64,000 nucleotides of DNA from the NCBI RefSeq assembly GCF_902713615.1, contig NC_052158.1, positions 40,973,729 through 41,037,728 of the forward strand, in the 5' to 3' direction. Shown here in pieces: positions 11,236 through 22,880 of this stretch. The notes under the pieces were generated by a model. That model did no database searches, had not been told where the DNA came from, and worked only from the letters and a program-made list of their open reading frames with translations. Each line of letters opens with the position of its first letter. Positions within the stretch are counted from its first letter, which is position 1. The DNA comes from Scyliorhinus canicula. Lineage: Eukaryota. A program made the translations under genes and the position numbers.

Positions 11236-11920
11236 GTGTTTATTAATACCATGGGTAATGTTTGTAATCTACTGTCTGGGAGGACAACTACCCTGAGAAT
11301 GAGGGAGTGGGGGTGAGTCTCTACAGACCGGAGTTCCCAGCCTAACACACCTTGATGTAATAACAGTGCGATATGTTCACCTTATAGTCTTCCAAAATTC
11401 ATTTCTTATCTGGGGAAAGACCTTGCATCATTTTCTAATTCCCCCAGTGACAGGAATGGTGGGTCAGTTTTCTCAGGAGCTGGTGGCATGAATGTCATTT
11501 GCACTCAGTTGCATCTCATGAATGCTCATTAAAGCAGCTCAAATCACGTCAGCCTCAAATCCATTGAAAAAGAGTGGCGTGCTCAAATTCGACCCCAGTT
11601 CACTCAAGATTTCTAGGTGAGTGAAATATAGATAGCCTACCTGCCATACCGCTGGGCTGCTCTTGTTGTGCTGAATGCCTAGCCATATCAAAGACCGGTT
11701 CATGCCCTTCAGCTCCATGCCTACATCATCTTTATGGACAACACTGTGGGACCATGGGCCCACCAATTGGACAGACTTTGACCATTGATCAGCTCAGGAT
11801 TGCGGATTCTGGGGTCTTCTGCCCCCAGTGCTTGCCACAGTTGACTGTATATACAGCACTGTGCTGCAGGACTCAGGCACCGTCCACTTCAATTGACTGA
11901 AGTTTGACCAGGGGTAGGGT

Positions 11921-11984
11921 GCAAGGGAATCAAACCCGGGTCCCTGGCGCTGTGACCCAACAGTGCTAACCACTGTGCTACCCA
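11921..11984 (-). mobile_element. SINE tRNA-like head fragment
   Basis: Reverse complement GGGTAGCACAGTGGTTAGCACTG...GACCCGGGTTTGATTCCC matches the V-SINE heads. Confidence 0.7.
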
Positions 11985-12823
11985 TGACAATGGACATTGG
12001 AAGACAGAGGAATCCTGAAGGATAGCAAGCTAGACCCCACAGGCTTACATGAATTGCTGACAGACAAGGGAGTCAAAAGATACCATATTGTTTACTGGAA
12101 GGGGTTCATATAGACTCCAGAATGTAGTGTGGGAAGTTGCCGTTAATGTGGCACAATAGGGAACGGTTTGCATCAACGTTCGGAAGTTAGGGGTTGTGTA
12201 ATTTAGAAGGATCACTGTTGTCCACAGTCCTCTTTGCAAAGAGGGAATATGTCAAGTTTTCCCCTTTTGTTCAGCAGCTTGCAGACAGAAGTCAGAGTGC
12301 AGAGATTGCTCCTGTTTAACAGAAAGGAATCACATGAAGTCCAGAGGCTATGTGAACCTCACAGTCAGAAGCCAGAGATACGAGACAGTGCAGACTTGTA
12401 GCAGTAGCAATCATTGGAAGCATAATCTACCCCCTACCCCAGCTGCAGGGAGAAGGGGTGTGTACTCTACATGGGTTAAAAAAAAACACCGTTTGGTGTG
12501 CAGTGCTGCCTTACAGTTGGTGTCACTAGTATTGGCATGCTTTGTACAGGTCTGCAGTTTACTATTCGATTAGTGAGGGAGGTATGGGAATAATGGAGTA
12601 GTTTTTCCTGGCATTGTGAGGCTCCAAGTAAATTGGAGACACATAGACAGCTGCTTCCCCATGGTGCTGGGAGTGATTGATAAAACTCACATAACATTGA
12701 AGGTTACCCGAGGAGACTCGCAGAGCTCTCTGAACAGAAAACAATTTCCCTCCTTCGTGTTATTCTCCCCCGTCGGAGAATACTCCAAGTGAACGTTAAT
12801 CACACTGGATCATCCCACAATGC

Positions 12824-13136
12824 TGGGGCGGCACGGTGGCACAATGGTTAGCAATGCTGCCTCGCAGCTCCAGGGACCTGGGTTCATTTCCGGCCTCAGG
12901 TGACTGTGTGGAGTTTGCACTTCCTCCCCGTATCTGCGTGGGTTTCCTCCCACAGTCCAAGGATGTGCATGTTCGGTGGATTGGCCATGCTAAATTGCCC
13001 CTTAGTGTCCAAAGGGGTTACTGGGTTACGGGCATAGGGTGAAGGTGTGGGCTTAAGTAGGGTGCTCTTTCCAAGGGCGAGTGCAGAATCGATGAGCCGT
13101 TTGACCTCCTTCTGCACTTTAATTTCTATGATTCAT
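12824..13136 (+). mobile_element. HE1-like V-SINE (CR1-type tail)
   Basis: tRNA-like head, V-domain, tail ending TTCTATGATTC. Confidence 0.88.
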
Positions 13137-13434
13137 CGTCAGGAACTTAGACATCACACCCATATTTGGGGGAAGGTGAGTGACCTGATGGTCAACTGAT
13201 AAGGGACAAGGCCCATCCCTACTTTCTGTGGCTGATGTTACCATTTCATGCACCACGCACTGAGGAGAAGGTGTTGGTAATTGGCATATGTGTCTCTCTC
13301 TCTCAGACAGCTCACAGAGTGAAGCCGTTGAAGAACTGATGCAGGTACTGGCTCCACCCGTGGTATTCTACAGAGAGAGAAAATGGCTAATATTGTGTTG
13401 TTCTCTGCCTTGCTCTTTCTGGATGGCTTCAGTA

Positions 13435-13792
13435 TGTAGTGTTGATTAGAGAACGAGTCTTGTAAACTAATAAAACTACTTTATTAAACACTACTGGCTG
13501 GATTCTCATTTTTCATTTACATTTTCATTTCATTCGACACTTATCCCGAAGAAACAAACAGTTGATTGATCACACATAAACTATACTCATCTACATTCGT
13601 CTAACATCTAACTCATTGACAGATTAAACTATTCTCTTGCTCTCTCACTATCTTCAGTGCTCCTGCCACCTGCTCCAACCTTCTGCCCTACAAGACTCAG
13701 CATCATCCCTGATATACTAGGATTAGCTCCCTCTAGTGGCTGTCTGTATACATTTCATGAACCCTTACATTACCTTCATGTACAATACCACA
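13435..13792 (-). mobile_element. Probable LTR
   Basis: Minus strand reads TGTGGT...ACTACA with an internal AATAAA. No clear TSD. Confidence 0.5.
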
Positions 13793-14117
13793 ACGATCAT
13801 CCCTGTGTACTGCACATTAAAAATATCCCTCTCTTACAAGGTCAAGACTGGGACATCCCAGGAGAAGAACCATGACAGGTGAATGGATTGTGACTTGCTG
13901 GAAGAGGGGATCCCTGGGTAAGGCTGTCAAATGTCAACTCAAAGGACACAAACTCACACAATGAGCCCCACCTAATTCACTGACTCATCTCCAAGCACCG
14001 GGTCATTCTCCCCTCCTCCTGTGCGCGTGCTGAGCCTCCACTACACATCTTCATTGCCTTTGTTTTCTGATCTGCTAAACACATTCCAAGCTATCCACTA
14101 TACACTGTTATCAGTTG

Positions 14118-14673
14118 AAAGGAGAAAGTTGATGCCTCGCAAACAGGGTGTTCGTCGATGGTGCATAATTCTCCTTGAGCAGTTCCATAGCTGCGGTGTA
14201 GTCGGTCGCATCTCGAATGAGCGGAAAGACGCTGGAGCTAAGTCTGGAGTACAGGAGTTGCTTTTTCTGAGCCTCCGTCGGGGGAGGGTGTGCTGAAGAG
14301 ATGTAGGCCTCGAAGACTGCGAGCCAGTGATCAAAGTCTTTTCTGGCGTGAGGCGAATGCGGATCCAGCTGCAGACGGTCAGGCTTGACTCTGATGTCCA
14401 TGGTGACTGGGAAATCGTACAGCAATAAATTGTGGCGCTAACAATTATACTCAAAGCCGAGAGACTAGTACAATAGAGGCTTTATTGCTGTACGATGTTG
14501 TCCCTCCATCCGCAACTGTAGACTGAGGGTCTGAGCAGCTCTCATACATTTATACATAAGCTCCCTGTGGGCGGAGCTAGCCGGCAGGGGCTGACCGGAG
14601 GAACCTGTATTACAGGTACAGGCATACATCCCCCTACTGCAGTACACATAACTACAGTGGTTATCTCACCACA
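14118..14673 (-). mobile_element. 5' LTR (14433-14673) plus gag start of a Gypsy element related to the one at 1-1196, 3'-truncated
   Basis: LTR shares GCCCCTGCCGGCTAGCTCCGCCCACA, TATAAAT and AATAAAGCC with the 968-1196 LTR. gag ATG at 14401: MDIRVKPDRLQLDPHSPHARKDFDHWL. Confidence 0.85.
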
Positions 14674-14899
14674 AAAGGTTCCAAGGATGAATGCTATTCC
14701 CACACTAGAAATCTCTGTCAAATATTGACCAGGGGAACTGAGACAGCAGCTGCAATAAGTGAGGTTTTATTCAGATGGGACAATGACAAGTTTAAATCCC
14801 CACCTGATCTGCTGCTCAAAGTCTCCTCCGTTTCCCCGGTCAGTTTCCCAAACTTCAGGAAACTCCTGTTGCTGCAGAAATATTTGGATTGTCTGTGAG

Positions 14900-15005
14900 A
14901 GACGTCAATCAGAGAGCCCACCCACTCTGCCATTCTCTCCTCTTCCTCTACCACAGCTGCTTCACTTCCTGTAGGGACTCAAAACCAAGTCAGGAGATGG
15001 TGAGT
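14900..15005 (+). promoter_or_regulatory. Putative core promoter and first exon of ZNF gene 1; donor GTGAGT at 15000
   Basis: Aligns with the first exon of ZNF gene 2 (CAGCTGC...CACTTCCTG...GAGA(T/C)G|GTGAGTGAAGG). Candidate acceptor TTTTCCTGTTTTACAG ends at 20614. Confidence 0.6.
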
Positions 15006-16191
15006 GAAGGAGCAGAATTTACAATCATTACATTGCACAATATCCACACTAATGTTCAGGCAGTCTGACTATCCTGTGGGCAATCAGCTGTGGAAATGCC
15101 CCTTATGCTGTGTGAGAAGATCCAGCTCACAGACCTGTTTACTCGGTGCTTTGTGCTGAGCTGTTTGATTGGCTGTGTGTTGGGTATTGAGGGTGTTTAT
15201 TGGAAGCATTTCCCTTCTGATTTACAGGCTGAGTTTTGTTGATGGGTCACTGCTGAGAAGGTGAGGTGTAATTATCTGGGAGGGGTGGAGTGTTTGAGGA
15301 ATTTTTAACAATTCATTTATGGGATGTGGGCATCGCTGACTAGGCCAGCATTTATTGCACATCCCTAATTGCTTGTTTCTGCTCTGTAATTCTATATATG
15401 TAACTTTCCATATTTGGATTTGAACTCTCAATCTCCGAATTGTTAATCCACCACCAGATCAATTCAGTTGCTGACCTGGAGACACATTTATTGAAATATC
15501 TTCTTTAAAGATTTTACCTGAAAGCCTCGGCCTTTCCCAAAAGCCTGGGCTTGGATTTGATAGATTAGCCCAGAGCTGAATTTGGGATGTGCAGTCTGAG
15601 TGAGTGCAGTGTGACTAATTTCCCAGGATAAACCAGAACCCTTCAACCAGCTACACTGAAGCAATATTTTCCTTAGCTTCCAGCATTTCCTGCCCAGTCT
15701 GTTTTCTTGAAAAAACTGGGGAAAACAAGGGGAGAAATTTCAAAACCTGCATTGAATTAACATTACTCCCGAGCGTTTTTTTAAATAAACATTTTATTGA
15801 GGTATTATATTGGCATTGTAACAGCAGCAATATAAACAATGTACATCAAAATATAAATAGTGCAAATATCACCTCCCTCCCCCACAGGTCCCACCATTAA
15901 TTAACCCCCTAATCTATGCTAACCTAAACCCCCCACCCTTCTGCTGACGATTAATTCTCTGCGAAGAAGTCGACAAATGGTTGCCACCTCTGGATGAACC
16001 CTATCAATGACCCTCTCATGGCAAACTTAATTTTCTCCAGGCAGAGAGAGCCGGCCATGTCCGACAGCCAGGTCTCTGACTTCGGGGGCTTTGAGTCCCT
16101 CCATGCTAGTAATATCCGCCTCTGGGCTACCAGGGAAGCAAAGGCCAGAACGTCTGCCTCTTTCTCGTCCTGGATTCCCGGATCCTGCGAC

Positions 16192-16617
16192 TGATAATTC
16201 GCGTTCTTTTTGCCCTCAGTCTGGTCTCAGTAAATATACCAAGTCGGATTGTAGGTAAACACTTTAGTTTATTTGCGCGTCTTGCAAACTGACTCACTCT
16301 GCCATTGTCTTGTCGAGTCCCCAGAGTGTGAGGCACAGAACAAAATACTTCATCTCGTATACATTGGTATAAAAAAATGAGGTTACACATACGACCAAAT
16401 AAGGTAACTTGGCAATTGTAGGGTTTCTATAGGTTCCCTTACATTCCTTAACCGAGCTATATAAGGTAATCTTAGCAATTACTGGTCCCAATAGGCTGCC
16501 CTCACATTCCTTTTGCCTGAGGCCCCTGTGATCACCCAACCCCCTCACCATGATACTCCTGACTTAGCCTGACTACCCACAATGCTTCAGTGCCTTCCCC
16601 TTTTGTTCATTTCCTCA
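16192..16617 (-). mobile_element. Solo LTR (426 bp) nested in the L1
   Basis: TG...CA ends. 4-bp TSD CGAC at 16188-16191 and 16618-16621. TATA-like and AATAAA motifs on the minus strand. Confidence 0.85.
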
Positions 16618-19200
16618 CGACACCCCGAAAATCGCCACCTCTGGACTCAATGCCACCCTTGTATTTAATACCTTGAACATGACGTCAGCAAACCCCTGCC
16701 AAAATCCCCTAAGCTTTGGACATGCCCAGAACATGTGAACATGGTCCGCTGGTCCTCCCGCACACTTTGCGCACCTATCCTCCACCCCAAAGAATCTGCT
16801 CATCCGGGCCACTGTCATGTGAGCCCGGTGCACGACCTTGAATTGAATCAGGCTGAGTCTGGCACATCTTGCGGTCGCATTGACTCTACTCAACGCGTCC
16901 GCCCAGAGGCCCTCCTCTATCTCTCCCCTCAGCTCCTCCTCCCACTTTTGCTTCAGCTCCTCGGTCTGCATCTCCTCAGATCCCATAAGCTCCTTATAAA
17001 TGTCAGAAATGCTCCCCTCACCTATCCATCCTCTAGAAACCACCCTATCCTGAATCCCCTTAACGGCAGGAGTGGGAAGGTTGATACCTGTCTACGCAGA
17101 AAGTCCCGCACTTGCAGATAGCAAAATTTGTTTCCCCCCACCAACGCAAACTTCTCCAGTGCCCTCATAGTCGGAAAGTTCCCCTCTATAAACAAGTCCC
17201 CCATCCTCTCAGTCCCCGCTCTCCGCCATATTCGGAACTCTCCGTCCATCCTCCTTGCAACAAACCGGTGATTATCGCATATTGGGGACCAGACTGATGC
17301 TCCCACATGTCTCCTCGATTGCCCCCAGACTCTCAAGGCCGGCACCACCATGGGACTGGTGGAGTACCGCGCTGGCGGGAACGGCAAAGGCGCGGTCACC
17401 AGCGCCTCCAAACTTGTGCCCAAGCAAGAAGCCGCCTCCATATGCACCCATGCCGACCCCCCACCAGCCACTTCCTAACCATGGCTATGTTAGCCACCCA
17501 GTAATAATTGCTAAAGTTCGGCAGCGCCAGCCTGCCCTCTCTCCGACTTCGCTCGAGCATTACCCTCCTCACTCGCGGGGATTTGGCCCCCCATACGAAG
17601 CCCGCGATAACTTTATTGACCCGCTTAAAAAAGGACCGCGGAATGAAGATGGGGAGACATTGAAATACAAACAGGAATCTCGAGTGAACCGTCATTTTCA
17701 CCATTTGGACTCTGCCAGCTAGAGACAACGGGGACACGCGCCCCATCGCCAGAAATTATCTTTCATCTGATCCACCAACCGGCCAAGTTCAATTTATGTA
17801 GCAGTCCCAATCCCGCACCACTTGGATATCTAGGAACCTGAAACTGTTCCCTACCACTCTAAAAGGCAGTTCCCCCAGTTGCCCCTCCTGACCCCTCGCC
17901 TGGACCACAAACATCTCACTCTTCCCCATATTAAACTTCTACCCCGAAACCTGCCGAATTCCCCTAAAATTCCTATGATTTCTTCCATCCCTTCAATTGG
18001 AACTGAAACATACAGAAGCGGGTTGTCCGCATACAGCGAGACTCTGTGCTCCACTGTGCAAGCATCCTGCTGGCCTTCTCACCATGCTCGTATACCGCTT
18101 CCCTCGCCTCTATGAGCTGTTCCACTGCCCTCCCTGTGGTTAACAAGCCTGTAGCCTCCGCCGTTCCCTTAAAAGCCCTATCTCTGGAGTCTCCACGTAC
18201 CTACCATCGACTTGCAGAATCTCTTTTACCAGTTGGTCCATCTCTGCCCTGTCCGTCCTGTCCCTGTGAGCCTGGATCGAGATCAGCTGTCCTCTCACCA
18301 CTGCCTTCAGCGCTTCCCAGACCACCGCTGCTGAGACCTCCTCCGTATCATTTACCTGAAGGTAATTTGTATGCATTTCCTCAACCTCTTGCACACCGCT
18401 TCGTCCACCTACTTCGCCCTACTTCTAACCTCCATTGCGGGCGCTGATTGCTATCTGTACTAACCTGCAGGTCAACCCAATGTGGAGCATGGTCCGAGAT
18501 CGTAATCGCCGAGCACCCCGTGTCCACCACCCCTGCCAGCAAGGCCCTACCCAAAACAAAGAAATCGATCCGAGAGTATACCTTATGTACGTGTGAGTAG
18601 AAGGAAAACTCTTTCACCATCGGCTGCACAAATCTCCATGGATCCATCTGCTCCATGAACCCTTTCAGTTCCTTTGCCATTGCTGGCACCTTGCCCGTAT
18701 TCGAGCATGGCCGATCCAGTCTGGAATCAATACCTGTATTAAAGTCCCCTCCGATGATCAGATTGTGCGAGTCCAGGTCCGGTATCTTCCCCAACATCCT
18801 CTTTATAAATTTCTCATCATCCCAATTTCACGCATATATATTAACCATCACTACGTTCATCCCCTCCAGCTCCCACTAACCATAATATATCGACCTCTCA
18901 TATCCAAAACTATTCTACCCACCTCAAATATCACCCGCTTATTAATCAAGATCGCAACCCCTCTAGTCTTTGTATCCAGCCCCGAGTGGAAGACCTGACT
19001 GACCCAGCCTTTCCTCAATCTAACCTGGTCCACTACTCTAAGGTGCGTCTCCTGCAGCATTACCACGTCCGCCTTCAGTCCCCTCAGGTGCACAAACACA
19101 CATGCCCTCTTAACCGGCTCATTTAACCCTCGAACATTCCAGGTGATCAGCCTAGTTGGGGGGCAAAGAGCCCCCCCTCTTCCACCGATCAGCCATCTCC

Positions 19201-20059
19201 TGTAGCCATCTGGGATGGCCACTTACAATAAGGAACAGGGAAGGTCACAAAGCATAGCGGGAAAAATGGACACTGCGAGATTCAGGCAGGCTCAGAGCCT
19301 GAATGTATATTTGCGAGTGAGGAATCCAGACGGTATTGAAACTCCCAACCGATTAGCATTCGATGGCCTATCTGCGCCAAAGGACTGATACTTGAGCGAC
19401 CAATACAACAATAGACATTTCGGCGCCACCCCCTGTACTCGGGAAGTGTAACCAACAGGGTCAATGACCGCATAGGACACGCCCAGCCATCAAGGCACCC
19501 GCCTCTTTATTGGTTCTAAGCGAACACAGTGATTAGGAATTACCCAATTAATGGGGTGCAAACTGAAGGACCGCCCAAAAGAGCGCGAAAACCCCCAAGG
19601 ATAAAAGAGAGACCACCATGTGTTCGGCCTTTCTTGGACCTGGCGCTCCGGCAACGTCTACTTCCAAGTGCAACACCACCAGAAGTAAGATCAAGTTCAA
19701 CACCCGCAATCAGACGGATGAGCCTAGCTGAGCAGCAGTTACTTCTCCAGACCCAGTAGATCCAGATTCGAACAAAGGCCACTGTTCCTCTGACCTAAGC
19801 CGGGTCCCTGAAGTTAAGTACAGATTTTCATAGTTGATAGGTGTAGTTTAACTAGTAGTGTCTATGTTGTGTGATTAATTGTGTGTGTAAATAAAGTACC
19901 TTTGATCTTGAACTAACTAACTGGTGTTTGCCTCTTTGATCAATATCCGGTTGAACCTTGTGGTGGTATCATTTGATACCGGGTGACTCTGAGCAACATC
20001 CAAAGAAAGAAGGGCAACCTCATTGATTGCCATAGTTACAGTAGGTAAAAAAGGCAACA
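19201..20059 (+). mobile_element. Solo LTR (~859 bp) nested in the L1
   Basis: Ends TGTAGCC...GGCAACA are a 6/7 inverted match. GATAAAA and AATAAA motifs. Imperfect TSD (TCTCC/TCCC). Confidence 0.7.
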
Positions 20060-21094
20060 TCCCTTTCTTGGGCCCGCCTCCAGCCCAAGCGCCGCGCCTC
20101 CTCCAGCCCATCCCCCCCCCACCGGCGGCCCCTGCCACCGGCCCAATCACTGTCCCTCCACCGAAGTCCCTCCCTCGTCAGCAGAACCTTTCCCTCCCCT
20201 CCCCCCAGCAACACTACTCTGAAACCTAATCCATATAATAAACAAAACATATCGAGTTTTTTGATATTAAACACATTCCCTAGTTTTCATCAGCACATTT
20301 TAAGCTCATAATGAATTGATAGCCTGTTTTACATTGCACCTTATTGTCTTTTACATTGCTCTCATAGTGCCTGGGAAGATGGAGGTCTGGGTGAGAGAAA
20401 GAAAGTAGCTCCTGCTCACTATCCAGTGTCGCTGCCTGAAACAGAGGGTGTGTGACAGTCATATCAGCAAGTAGAAAAGATTTGCAATTGATCCCCACAC
20501 AGAGGAATAGCAGTCTGGCACTCGCTGTGGAACAATCTCTAACTGAGGAGTCAGCCCCTTTAACGAGAGGAGAGGGAATTGGAGAAAATCATGTTTCTTT
20601 TTCCTGTTTTACAGAAGGATTGCCTTGCAGAAGGACCGTACTACACCAGAGAATACAGAGAGGATAGAGACCACAGATAGATCCTGACCATCACCCAAGG
20701 AACAAATGCACAACTGTGGGAAGCCATCCAGTCACTTCACAGCATTGCTCAACACACAGATGGTTGGGCAGTGAAACCGTCATCTTGAAATGGTGCTTTA
20801 ACATATCTCATCTGAAACTGATCAGTGGTGTGGAACCTTCCCTTAATCAACCTTTCATTAATCAACCTTTCTGAAGGTTTGGCCGTGGGCGATCGGTCAG
20901 GCTGAGGGTGGAAAAAAGTGTGAGTGGGTTCCAAGTGTGGTGAGAGCTTCAATCATTCATCAAGTCTCATGAACCACTCACCCATTCCTACAGGTAAGAG
21001 GCTGTTCAAGTGTGAGGAGGACTCCATAACCTTGTAAGATCTCTGAGCGTGCAAGGTGCATCTGGTTTTCCACCTCCAACACAAGAGCAGCTAC

Positions 21095-22870
21095 ATGGAG
21101 GGGAAACCATTTAAATGTGATGTGTGCAATCAAGCCTTTGCACAGTCATCGACGCTCAGGGATCACCGACGCATCCACATTGAGGAGAAGCCATTCAAGT
21201 GTGAGGTGTGTAACAAGGGCTTTACAGGTTCATCATCCCTGTTGAAACACTGGCGTGTTCACACTGGTGAAAAGCCATTCACGTGCGAGGTGTGCAACAA
21301 ATCATTCTCTGACTCATCGTATCTCCGTGAACACAAACGCATTCACACAGGGGAGAAACCGTTCACATGTGAGGTGTGCAACAAATCATTCTTGTGGTCA
21401 TCAGCCCTCGGTGTACATCAACGTACTCACACAGGAGAGAGACCCTTCACTTGCGAGGTGTGTGAGAAATCATTCTCTCAGTTAACGACGCTCTGCAGAC
21501 ACCAACGCATTCACACAGGGGAAAAACCGTTCACATGCGAAGAGTGTGACAAGTCATTCTCGCAGTCGTCCGATCTCAGCCGACACCAACGCATTCACAC
21601 TGGGGAGAAGCCGTTCAAGTGTGAGCTTTGTAACAAGGGCTTTGCGCAGTCATCAACCCTGCTGAAACATTGGCGTTTTCACACTGGGGAAAAGCCATTC
21701 ACATGTGAGGTGTGCAACAAATCATTTATGTGGCCATCGGCCCTCTGTGTACATCAACGCACACACACTGGGGAGAAACCCTTCACGTGCAAGGTCTGCG
21801 ATAAATCATTCCTGTGGTCGTCAGCCCTGCGTGCACACCAACGCATTCACACTGGAGAGAAACCGTTCATGTGTGAGGTGTGCGACAAATCATTCTCTGT
21901 GTCATTGGACCTTCGCAGACACCGATGCATTCACGCTGGGGAGAAACCATTCAAGTGCGAAGTTTGTGACAAATCCTTCTTGTGGTCATCGGCCCTCCGC
22001 AAACACAAACGCCTTCACACCGGGGAGAAACCGTTCACGTGCGAAGTGTGTGACAAATCATTCTCGGACTCATCATCCCTCCACATACACCGACGCATTC
22101 ATACAGGGGAGAAACCATTCGCATGCAAGGTGTGTGATAAATCGTTCTTGTGGTCGTCAGCACTGCGCAAACATCAACAAATTCACACAGGGCAGAAACC
22201 ATTCAGATGCGAGGTGTGTGACAAATCATTCTCTGACGCATGGTCTCTCCGTGTACATCAACACATTCACACAGGGGAGAAACCGTTCAAGTGTGAGGTG
22301 TGTGACAGACTATTCTTGCGGTCACGGGCTCTCCGCGAACATCAAGTAATTCACACAGGTGAGAAACCATTCACATGCAAAGTCTGCAACAAATCATTCA
22401 TGCAGTCATCAACCCTCCATGCACACCAGCGCATTCACACTGGGGAGAAACCGTTCAAGTGCAAGGTGTGCAACAGAGCATTCATTAAGTCATCGAACCT
22501 CCATGTACACCAGCGCATTCACACAGGCGAGAAACCATTCACCTGTCAGGTGTGTGAGAAATCATTCTCGAGGTCCTCGTATCTGATGCTTCATCGGAGG
22601 ACTCACACGGGGGAGAAACCATTCACGTGCAAGGTGTGTGACAAATCGTTCTCAGTGTCCTCAGCCCTCCGCGTACACCAGCGCATTCACACAGGGGAAA
22701 AGCCGTTCAAATGTAAGGTCTGCAACAAAACATTCTCAAACTCATCGAACCTGAGTGTACACCAATATGTTCACACAGGGGAGAAGCCATTCAAGTGTGA
22801 GATGTGTGACAAATCATTCCCACGTTCAACAAAACTCCTGCGCCATCAGAGGATCCACACAGGGGAGTAA
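21095..22870 (+). CDS. C2H2 zinc-finger protein, 21 tandem fingers, 591 aa, no recognisable effector domain
   Basis: Uninterrupted ORF from ATG GAG GGG AAA CCA (MEGKPF). 21 x C-x2-C-x12-H-x3-H with TGEKPF-type linkers. The ORF-track start at 21056 is a GTG. Confidence 0.93.
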   Translation: MEGKPFKCDVCNQAFAQSSTLRDHRRIHIEEKPFKCEVCNKGFTGSSSLLKHWRVHTGEKPFTCEVCNKSFSDSSYLREHKRIHTGEKPFTCEVCNKSFLWSSALGVHQRTHTGERPFTCEVCEKSFSQLTTLCRHQRIHTGEKPFTCEECDKSFSQSSDLSRHQRIHTGEKPFKCELCNKGFAQSSTLLKHWRFHTGEKPFTCEVCNKSFMWPSALCVHQRTHTGEKPFTCKVCDKSFLWSSALRAHQRIHTGEKPFMCEVCDKSFSVSLDLRRHRCIHAGEKPFKCEVCDKSFLWSSALRKHKRLHTGEKPFTCEVCDKSFSDSSSLHIHRRIHTGEKPFACKVCDKSFLWSSALRKHQQIHTGQKPFRCEVCDKSFSDAWSLRVHQHIHTGEKPFKCEVCDRLFLRSRALREHQVIHTGEKPFTCKVCNKSFMQSSTLHAHQRIHTGEKPFKCKVCNRAFIKSSNLHVHQRIHTGEKPFTCQVCEKSFSRSSYLMLHRRTHTGEKPFTCKVCDKSFSVSSALRVHQRIHTGEKPFKCKVCNKTFSNSSNLSVHQYVHTGEKPFKCEMCDKSFPRSTKLLRHQRIHTGE

Positions 22871-22880
22871 CCATTCAAAT

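Larger units (their letters stand above)
15776..20280 (-). mobile_element. Decayed L1-like LINE (inter-ORF region, ORF2, 3' UTR, poly-A) in the putative intron 1 of ZNF gene 1
   Basis: APE LITWNVRGLN...QETH (18857-19200), IIGGDFN, RVSLYADN, C-terminal CAKC...HMFWAC. T-run at 15776-15782. Absent from the paralogous intron. Confidence 0.88.

Noticed and set aside
12824-12900. tRNA genes at SINE heads
   Set aside because: All run into V-domain or SINE bodies and lack a complete cloverleaf.
15000-20614. Hidden KRAB or other effector exon in the ZNF introns
   Set aside because: The blocks conserved between paralogous introns show no shared open frame or KRAB-like motif that I can see. cDNA would be needed to exclude it fully.
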